The notes under the pieces were generated by a model. It saw only the letters and a program-made list of their open reading frames with translations, was not told the origin of the DNA and did no database searches. From an uncultured Rhabdochlamydiaceae bacterium (GTDB lineage Bacteria > Chlamydiota > Chlamydiia > Chlamydiales > Rhabdochlamydiaceae), in NCBI GenBank assembly GCA_963712275.1, contig CAVQHD010000001.1, positions 576,001-640,000 of the forward strand: 64,000 bases of DNA, written 5' to 3'. This document shows, in pieces, positions 57,181 to 64,000 of this stretch (position 1 is the stretch's first letter; the number at the start of each line of letters is the position of its first letter). The position numbers were made by a program, and so were the translations under genes.

Positions 57181-58404
57181 ATGAAACTTGCAGTGGTTGA
57201 CCAAAATGGTTGCCTGGGGGGGATTGGCCGATTTAATTGTTCTCTTTTGATAGCTTTGAAGAAAGTATGTCCTGAGCTTGACATCACATTTTTTGTACAC
57301 TTTCATCATCCTGCGCAAAAAGAAATGGTCGATGAGTTTGTCCATCATCAAATCCAAGTAAAGCCACTCCGATTTTCCAGGCTGAAAAATTCAAAAATAA
57401 GAATCGTTGGCTCTCTGGCTCACCGAATTCAGCGTCAATTTGGAAATCGGCTTAAGAATTTCCCTCCCTTTTTATCAGGGCTTTGCTATCGAGAAGTAGA
57501 AGAAGTCACGAAAGGATTTGACCTTGCCTATTTCCCTCTCTGGTATTACATGCAATGCCCTCAGCTTCGCTGTCCTATGGTTAGCACTTTTCACGACTTT
57601 AATTTTCGGTATTATTTTTCATCCCATCCTATTTTCTCTCCAAGCGATATCAAGCTGCTTTTTGAAGAAACTCCGAAGTGGTTAGACCAATGCGTAACGC
57701 CCATTGTTTCGACAAAGGCCATATTGGATGAGATAAAGAAATTTTATCCTGCTTATGCCGCTAAATCCAAGGTCATTTACATTGGGCCGCTGAATGCTTT
57801 TGGCGAGCTCACAGATCAGGAAGCTAGAGCAATCGTTGATCAGCTTAAAATCCCTCCCAACTATATTCTTTATCCCTCTAATTTTAATCCTCATAAAAAC
57901 TTGGGGGCATTGCTTCAAGCAGTGTCTCTTTTAAAACCCAAATATCCTGATCTTGCTCTTGTGATTACAGGAATGGGAACTTCTTGTGTGAATGGCCGCT
58001 TATGTGAAACGGGAATTGAGATTGGGGAATCTTCCAAGGATGTTTTTGGGCTCGATTATATATCAAATAAACAGGTTAACGCCTTGATTCAGTGCGCTAA
58101 AATGGTTGTTTCAACCTCTTTATATGAAGCAGGGAATGGACCTGGACTCGATGCTTGGGCAAAGGGCGTTCCTGTTGCGATGTCGAATATCCCCGCATTT
58201 CTGGAACACCTCGAAATTCATGGGGTGCGGGCTGAAGTATTCAATCCTCACTCTCCATATGATATTGCCGATAAAATTGAAGCGATTTTGAAAAATCCGG
58301 AGAAAGCTAAAAACGATGCTCTCCATTCTCAAAAAGCTCTTCACCCTTTCACTTGGGAGCAAATCGCTAAAAACTATCTCCAGGTTTTCCATGATGCCGT
58401 CTGA
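57181..58404 (+). CDS. Glycosyltransferase family 4
   Basis: GGIGR, STFHD, YPSNFNPHKN, SLYEAGNGPGLDAW. Confidence 0.85.
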   Translation: MKLAVVDQNGCLGGIGRFNCSLLIALKKVCPELDITFFVHFHHPAQKEMVDEFVHHQIQVKPLRFSRLKNSKIRIVGSLAHRIQRQFGNRLKNFPPFLSGLCYREVEEVTKGFDLAYFPLWYYMQCPQLRCPMVSTFHDFNFRYYFSSHPIFSPSDIKLLFEETPKWLDQCVTPIVSTKAILDEIKKFYPAYAAKSKVIYIGPLNAFGELTDQEARAIVDQLKIPPNYILYPSNFNPHKNLGALLQAVSLLKPKYPDLALVITGMGTSCVNGRLCETGIEIGESSKDVFGLDYISNKQVNALIQCAKMVVSTSLYEAGNGPGLDAWAKGVPVAMSNIPAFLEHLEIHGVRAEVFNPHSPYDIADKIEAILKNPEKAKNDALHSQKALHPFTWEQIAKNYLQVFHDAV

Positions 58405-59506
58405 AATTAAAATTCCCGTCTATAAACCTTCGCTTGCTGGGAATGAAAAAAAATATGTCAATGCTTGCCTTGACTCGACATGGATTTCATCCAAAGGGCG
58501 ATTTATTGCAGAATTTGAGCAAAAGTTTGCCTCTTACATTCAAGGCTCTTATGCAACGACTGTGAGTAATGGAACTGTCGCGCTTCATCTGGCCCTTCTG
58601 ACCCTTGGAATAGGTCCTGGAGATGAAGTGATTGTGCCCACTTTGACCTATATTGCTTCTGTGAATGCCATTGCGTATGTTGGGGCAACCCCTGTGTTTG
58701 TTGATTCCCTTGAGCAAACATGGCAAGTGGATCCTGAGGATATTAAAAGAAAAATTACCTCCAAGACGCGTGCAATTCTCATTGTGCATTTATATGGCCA
58801 GCCTTGTGAAATGGATGCGATTGTCAAAATTGCAAAAGACCACAACCTTTTTCTGATAGAAGATTGCGCAGAAGCTTTCGGTTCCAAGTATAAAGGGCGG
58901 CACGTTGGAACCTTTGGGCATATTGCGACGTTTAGTTTTTTTGGGAATAAAACCCTAACGACAGGGGAAGGGGGAATGGTTGTTACAGAAGATCCTCTTT
59001 TATTTGATCGAGCGGTTTGCTTAAAGGGTCAAGGATTGGCGAAAAATAGAGAATACTGGCATGACCTGATTGGATATAACTATCGCATGACGAATCTTTG
59101 CGCAGCGATAGGGCTTGCGCAACTGGAACGAGCGGATGAACTCATTTCTAAAAAGCGGCTCATTGCAAAATGGTATAAAGAGGCGCTCGATCCGATGATA
59201 TTCCACGATGAGGTCGGGGATGTCATTCATTCGTACTGGATGTGTTCGATCTTAACCGATCAAAGAGAGGCTCTTCGGAAAGCACTAGCGGCAGAAGGGA
59301 TCGAAACAAGGCCTCTTTTTTATCCGATTCATCAAATGCCGATGTATTTTCAAAATCAATCCTTCCCTGTAGCGGAAAAACTTAGTGAAAGAGGCATTAA
59401 CCTCCCCAGCTGGCCCGATTTAACGCAAGAACTTGTTTTTTATATCTGCCATCAGATTCGTCGATGGACTGAACAAAATCTTCCCCTGTCTTATGTCAGG
59501 CCATGA
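58391..59506 (+). CDS. GDP-perosamine synthase (DegT/DnrJ aminotransferase)
   Basis: IPVYKP, WISSKG.FI, NGTVALHLAL, IEDCAEA, SFFGNKTLTTGEGG, YWHDLIGYNYRMTN; flanked by gmd and manC. Confidence 0.88.
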   Translation: MMPSEIKIPVYKPSLAGNEKKYVNACLDSTWISSKGRFIAEFEQKFASYIQGSYATTVSNGTVALHLALLTLGIGPGDEVIVPTLTYIASVNAIAYVGATPVFVDSLEQTWQVDPEDIKRKITSKTRAILIVHLYGQPCEMDAIVKIAKDHNLFLIEDCAEAFGSKYKGRHVGTFGHIATFSFFGNKTLTTGEGGMVVTEDPLLFDRAVCLKGQGLAKNREYWHDLIGYNYRMTNLCAAIGLAQLERADELISKKRLIAKWYKEALDPMIFHDEVGDVIHSYWMCSILTDQREALRKALAAEGIETRPLFYPIHQMPMYFQNQSFPVAEKLSERGINLPSWPDLTQELVFYICHQIRRWTEQNLPLSYVRP

Positions 59507-60098
59507 AATCGTGATTTTCGGGTGCGGCGGCCATAGCCGCAGCGTAGTGGATATTATCTTGCTGGGTGAGCGAGCAGCCTCTTTTATATTTGTTGATGAA
59601 AATGCACGGGAAAATGAAAAAATTTTTGGCTTTCCCGTTTTTCAATCCATCTCTTTAAAGGGACGCCCCTTTTTTTTTGCGATTGGGGATAATAGCCGAC
59701 GAAAAAAAATCTACCAGGCAATAGGCGCCGATCAGCTGATTTCTGTGATTTCGCCTCTAGCCCATGTGGGGCAAAAAGCGTCCTATGGCAAGGGAGTTTT
59801 CATAGGAAATTTTTCTCATGTTGGCCCGGAAGCTGCCATTGGGAATAATACCATTATTAACAATGGAGCTATCATTGAACATGAGGTCGTCATTGGAGAG
59901 CATACCCACATTGCTCCTCAAGCTGTCATTTCAGGTAGAACAAAAATAGGGGATTGTTGTTTTATTGGAGCCGGCGCCTCTATCAGAGATGGAATTCAGC
60001 TTTGTTCGAATGTCACAATTGGCGCTGGATCAACTGTGATCAAAAATATCATGGAGGAGGGTACTTACGTGGGATGCCCTGTTAGAAGGTTAGCTTAA
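59493..60098 (+). CDS. Hexapeptide-repeat sugar acetyltransferase (PerB/PglD/NeuD family)
   Basis: IFGCGGH, AIGDN..R, IIEHE, hexapeptide repeats, VGCP. Confidence 0.9.
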   Translation: MSGHEIVIFGCGGHSRSVVDIILLGERAASFIFVDENARENEKIFGFPVFQSISLKGRPFFFAIGDNSRRKKIYQAIGADQLISVISPLAHVGQKASYGKGVFIGNFSHVGPEAAIGNNTIINNGAIIEHEVVIGEHTHIAPQAVISGRTKIGDCCFIGAGASIRDGIQLCSNVTIGAGSTVIKNIMEEGTYVGCPVRRLA

Positions 60099-60917
60099 GT
60101 GAAACAAACGACAATCCATACATCATCTCAGCGGCTGATTTCAACAGTTCTGGAAATAGGAGAATATAAAAATTTATTTTGGGCGCTGGCAAATCGAAAT
60201 ATTAAGCTTCGTTATCGACAAACGTTGTTAGGCATTTTATGGGTGATTCTTCAGCCTTTGTTAACGGCGGGTATCTTTACAGCTGTCTTTGGGAAACTCG
60301 CTCATTTACCTAGCGATGGAATTCCGTATTTTCTTTTCAGCTTTTCTGGAATGCTGCCGTGGCTATTTGTTTCTCAATGCATTCAACGGGCCTCGGTGAG
60401 CTTGATTGGAGATATTCCTTTAATTACCAAGATTTACTTTCCACGGATTTTAATTCCATTTTCTACAGTTCTAGCAGTCGGGGTAGATTTATTGGTAGGT
60501 TTAGGGATGGTTTTTTTGTGTATGGTATTATATCAATTTTCTTTTCATTGGCATTTATTGGTAGTTCCATTTTTTTTATTTTTAATGGTTCTTTTTTCTT
60601 CAGGGCTTAGTTTTTTCTTTTCTGCAATGACGGCTTATTATAGAGACTTTATTCACCTCATTCCATTATGTACGCAGCTCTGGCTTTATGTTTCTCCCGT
60701 TGCGTATTCAAGCTCCATGATTTCAGAGCGTTGGAAATTTCTCTATAATCTAAATCCTTTAACGGGACTCATTGATGGATTTCGTTGGGCTATTTTAGGC
60801 CTTCCCATTTTCCCGTGGGATGCTGTTTTAATATCAACAATAGAAACCGTATTATTTTTCATTTTAGGGGCAATGACTTTTCGGAAAATGGAAGGATATT
60901 TTGCAGATGTTATCTAA
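60099..60917 (+). CDS. wzm: Polysaccharide ABC exporter permease
   Basis: IKLRYRQTLLGILW..LQPL, KIYFPR, YYRD, LNPL, FADVI. Confidence 0.93.
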   Translation: MKQTTIHTSSQRLISTVLEIGEYKNLFWALANRNIKLRYRQTLLGILWVILQPLLTAGIFTAVFGKLAHLPSDGIPYFLFSFSGMLPWLFVSQCIQRASVSLIGDIPLITKIYFPRILIPFSTVLAVGVDLLVGLGMVFLCMVLYQFSFHWHLLVVPFFLFLMVLFSSGLSFFFSAMTAYYRDFIHLIPLCTQLWLYVSPVAYSSSMISERWKFLYNLNPLTGLIDGFRWAILGLPIFPWDAVLISTIETVLFFILGAMTFRKMEGYFADVI

Positions 60918-61674
60918 AAGAATAGCTATTAAAGTTTCTAACCTGAGTAAGTCTTATCGAATTTCCACTGGAGGTCAATCCGCATCGTTTCGAGAAACAG
61001 CCGTGTCTTTTCTTAAAAAAGCGATAGCCCTAGGGAAAAATCATAGTTCTCCAAACTTATTTTGGGCCCTTAAAGGGATTGATCTTGAAATTGAGCAGGG
61101 TGAAAGGGTCGCTTTTATAGGTCCCAATGGATCTGGAAAAAGCACCCTTCTTAAATTGATCTCTCGCATTACAAAACCCACAACAGGAATAATTCAATTC
61201 TCAGGTAAAATAGGCGCTCTTCTCGAACTAGGTACCGGGTTTCATCCTGAGCTTACCGGAAGAGAAAATATCTACTTAAGCGGCGCCATTTTTGGAATGA
61301 AAAAAAAAGAAATTGATACCACTTTTAATGCGATTGTCGACTTCTCGGAGCTTTCCCCTTTTTTGGATCTTCCTATTAAGCGGTATTCAAGCGGCATGGT
61401 GATTAGGCTTGCTTTTGGAATCATTTCCCATTTAAAGAATGACATTCTAATTGCAGATGAAATTCTTTCGGTTGGTGATCATCAATTTCAAAAAAAATGT
61501 CTTCATAAGATGCAAGAGATGGTGCAAGAGAATCGAACGATTCTTTATGTCAGTCACCATGTAGAGACGATTTTATCACTTTGCCCTCGAACAGTTTGGA
61601 TGGACAAGGGAGGAATTATAGAAGATGGGCCGTCTCCAACAGTGATTGAAAAATACCTCTCCAGAAGTAGATAA
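60907..61674 (+). CDS. wzt: Polysaccharide ABC exporter ATPase (no C-terminal carbohydrate-binding extension)
   Basis: FWALK, GPNGSGKST, LELGTGFHPELTGREN, YSSGM.IRLAF, DEILSVGD. Confidence 0.93.
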   Translation: MLSKRIAIKVSNLSKSYRISTGGQSASFRETAVSFLKKAIALGKNHSSPNLFWALKGIDLEIEQGERVAFIGPNGSGKSTLLKLISRITKPTTGIIQFSGKIGALLELGTGFHPELTGRENIYLSGAIFGMKKKEIDTTFNAIVDFSELSPFLDLPIKRYSSGMVIRLAFGIISHLKNDILIADEILSVGDHQFQKKCLHKMQEMVQENRTILYVSHHVETILSLCPRTVWMDKGGIIEDGPSPTVIEKYLSRSR

Positions 61675-61689
61675 GAGAGGCTTCTTGTC

Positions 61690-61718
61690 TTGACATTTTA
61701 ATTTTCTATTGATAGGAT
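61690..61718 (+). promoter_or_regulatory. Sigma66/sigma70-type promoter
   Basis: TTGACA-N17-TAGGAT upstream of ATG 61743. Confidence 0.6.
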
Positions 61719-61742
61719 GTTTCCTTAACGAGAGAGCTTAGA

Positions 61743-62810
61743 ATGAAAATTTGGATGATGATTTTGACTTTGATAACGACAATGGGAACTGAGGTTGGAG
61801 GAAACCCAACCCAAAATGAAGCCTTACAATATGAAGTTGCTTTAAAAAAAGAGAATCTTCCTATCTTCGACCCGAAGACATTGTATGTAATTCATTATAC
61901 CACAACAAAAGATTTATCTAATGGAGCTCTTAAGCGTTCTTTATTATTAGATTTGAAACAGATTTTTAATATCGATTTATTTGTCGAAAGTGGAACCTGC
62001 TGGGGACATACAACTGCAGTAGCAGCAACGGTTTTTAGTGAAGTTCACAGTATTGAAATTTTGCCAGAACTTTATTCCAAAGCTCAGAAGCGATTTGCAA
62101 ATGTTGAGAATGTGTTTCTCCATTTAGGCGACTCTGGAACTGTCTTAAATAACCTCATCTCTTTCTTTGATAAGAAGATTTTATTTTACCTCGACGGTCA
62201 CTATGATGGAGGGGCAAGCGGTCGCGGGGAGAAAAACACACCGATTCGGGAAGAATTAGCTGCGATCAAGAATGCAAATCAATTAGAGTCAGTTATTCTC
62301 ATTGACGACATTGCTGATTTCCAAGATTCGCTCTACTCGGAGCATGTTAGAAATACTTGCTTTGAGGGGTATCCAAACCTGAAAGAGCTGGTGTCCGAAT
62401 TATTGAAGATTAATCCTGATTACCACATTTGTTTTTTAGGAAATGCTCTGCTGGCCTTTCCTCCTACACCCAATGTCTGTGGATCGCTTGTTTTGAATGC
62501 ATGTTCAATGGATATTCTTTCTACAGTGGATCATCAGCTCTTCTCAAATGAAAACTTATTGGAAGCAGAAACCATCATTGCATTTTCATCTGGGCAGGAA
62601 AGAGCTGAATTAATCAATTATTACTTGACTTATGCTCCATTTGAACAGAGCTATGGGTGGCGTAGCTTTTCTACCTTTTGGTATGGTTTGATGCTTCAAA
62701 AAGGGGGAAAGCCAAAAGAGGGCATGGAAAATTTTAGAGCAGCTGCTCAGTGTTCCTTACCTGGATGGAGAGTTGATCAATATGTTCCTAGATACGGATC
62801 TAGAAGATAA
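61743..62810 (+). CDS. Putative class I SAM-dependent methyltransferase with signal peptide-like N-terminus
   Basis: FVESGTCWG, SIEI, GDS, FYLDGHY, PIREEL, ILIDD. Confidence 0.7.
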   Translation: MKIWMMILTLITTMGTEVGGNPTQNEALQYEVALKKENLPIFDPKTLYVIHYTTTKDLSNGALKRSLLLDLKQIFNIDLFVESGTCWGHTTAVAATVFSEVHSIEILPELYSKAQKRFANVENVFLHLGDSGTVLNNLISFFDKKILFYLDGHYDGGASGRGEKNTPIREELAAIKNANQLESVILIDDIADFQDSLYSEHVRNTCFEGYPNLKELVSELLKINPDYHICFLGNALLAFPPTPNVCGSLVLNACSMDILSTVDHQLFSNENLLEAETIIAFSSGQERAELINYYLTYAPFEQSYGWRSFSTFWYGLMLQKGGKPKEGMENFRAAAQCSLPGWRVDQYVPRYGSRR

Positions 62811-62814
62811 AAGA

Positions 62815-63858
62815 TTATGCTAAGGTTAGCTCTTTAGTTGTTAACTCTAAGTCAGCCTTTACCATCATTTTAGCAAGTTCTTCGACGGAAACTTTGTGAA
62901 TCCACCCTAAGTTTTTTTTGGCCTTGGTTGCGTCTCCAATGAGAATATCGACTTCTGTGGGTCGAAAAAGCTCTGGAGAAATTTCAACAAGAAGCTTTCC
63001 TGTTAGACGATCAAACCCTTTCTCTTGGAGTTCTTTTCCCTTCCATTCGATTTCAATGCCGGCTTCTTTAAAGGCAAGCTCGACAAAACAACGAACGGAG
63101 GTTGTTTGACCTGTTGCCAAGACAAAATCATCAGGTTTATCGTGTTGAAGCATTAGCCACATTCCCTCAACAAAATCAGCTGCGTAACCCCAGTCGCGCT
63201 TTGCATCGAGATTGCCTAAGATCAGCTTGTCTTGGGAGCCTGTTACAATTTTAGCAACACCTAAGGTAATTTTCCTCGAAACAAAATTTTCGCCTCGTCG
63301 AGGGCTTTCATGATTAAATAAGATTCCATTGCAGGCAAAAAGCTGATAAGCTTCTCTGTAATTAACAACGGTCCAATAGGCGTAGAGCTTTGATATCCCG
63401 TAAGGAGATCTTGGATAGAATGGAGTACTCTCCCTTTGAGGGGTTTCTCTTATTTTTCCAAAGAGTTCAGACGTCGATGCTTGATAAAGTTTGACGCGAG
63501 GGTAATGGTGTCGAAGCATTTCAAGAATGCGTAATGTTCCAAGAGCATTGACTTGAGCGGTGTACTCAGGAGTTTCGAAGGATACTTTGACATCGCTCAT
63601 CGCTGCCAAATTATAGATTTCATGAGGCTTGGATAAGTCAATGATTCTTTGTAAGCTAAAACCATCGCCTAAATCTCCTTCGTGGAGAATAAAGCGGTTT
63701 TGGAGAGCAGGATCCTCACAAAGATGTCGAATTCTTGAGCGATTGGAAGAGGAACATCTTCGAACGACTCCATGGACGACATAACCTTTTGATAAAAGAA
63801 GTTCTGCAAGATAAGACCCATCTTGCCCTGTAATACCTGTAATTAATGCGCTCTTCAT
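62815..63858 (-). CDS. gmd: GDP-mannose 4,6-dehydratase (copy 2)
   Basis: [58 protein letters not shown]. Confidence 0.96.
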   Translation of the reverse strand: MKSALITGITGQDGSYLAELLLSKGYVVHGVVRRCSSSNRSRIRHLCEDPALQNRFILHEGDLGDGFSLQRIIDLSKPHEIYNLAAMSDVKVSFETPEYTAQVNALGTLRILEMLRHHYPRVKLYQASTSELFGKIRETPQRESTPFYPRSPYGISKLYAYWTVVNYREAYQLFACNGILFNHESPRRGENFVSRKITLGVAKIVTGSQDKLILGNLDAKRDWGYAADFVEGMWLMLQHDKPDDFVLATGQTTSVRCFVELAFKEAGIEIEWKGKELQEKGFDRLTGKLLVEISPELFRPTEVDILIGDATKAKKNLGWIHKVSVEELAKMMVKADLELTTKELTLA

Positions 63859-64000
63859 TATTCCCTTTTACTTATGAAATTAGACTTAGGGCGGGGATTG
63901 GAGTGACGAACTGGCCGCCTCTTTGGATAAATTCTTTTTCTCGGGTTAAAAATTCACCCATAAAATGGTAAGGAAGAGTAAGGAAATAATCGGGGTTCAT

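Overview
This 64-kb window is chromosomal DNA from a member of the phylum Chlamydiae, most likely an environmental lineage outside Chlamydiaceae. The evidence is a sctJ-sctK-like-sctL-sctR-sctS-sctT type III secretion operon, TopA with a C-terminal SWIB domain, the rluB/gpmA/nifS-like/nifU block, mutL-pepP and a MOMP-like porin. Housekeeping genes (CCA-type nucleotidyltransferase, mutL, pepP, sufBCDS, hemH, topA) are mixed with accessory genes. A large surface-polysaccharide region runs from about 46.6 to 63.9 kb (manC, two gmd copies, perosamine synthase, acetyltransferase, wzm/wzt, glycosyl- and methyltransferases). The most striking signal is a set of small palindromic mobile elements. (1) A 171-bp palindromic element sits in frame inside sufS and adds 57 aa, in the manner of Rickettsia palindromic elements; its ends resemble those of a complete IS at 46800-48374, which splits a methyltransferase gene. 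(2) A second palindromic MITE family has copies at 29.5 and 43.1 kb. (3) A 220-bp loopless palindrome lies upstream of sctJ. (4) Two ~177-bp non-autonomous IS200/IS605-type elements and a third tetraloop-rich RNA-like segment ending in TCAA are present. Other notable items are a membrane-anchored DUF2829/Tad2-like protein, three tandem membrane-protein paralogs sharing a conserved leader, and signal-peptide-bearing methyl- and glycosyltransferases. I saw no rRNA, tRNA or CRISPR array. All family calls come from motif recognition by eye, not database searches.
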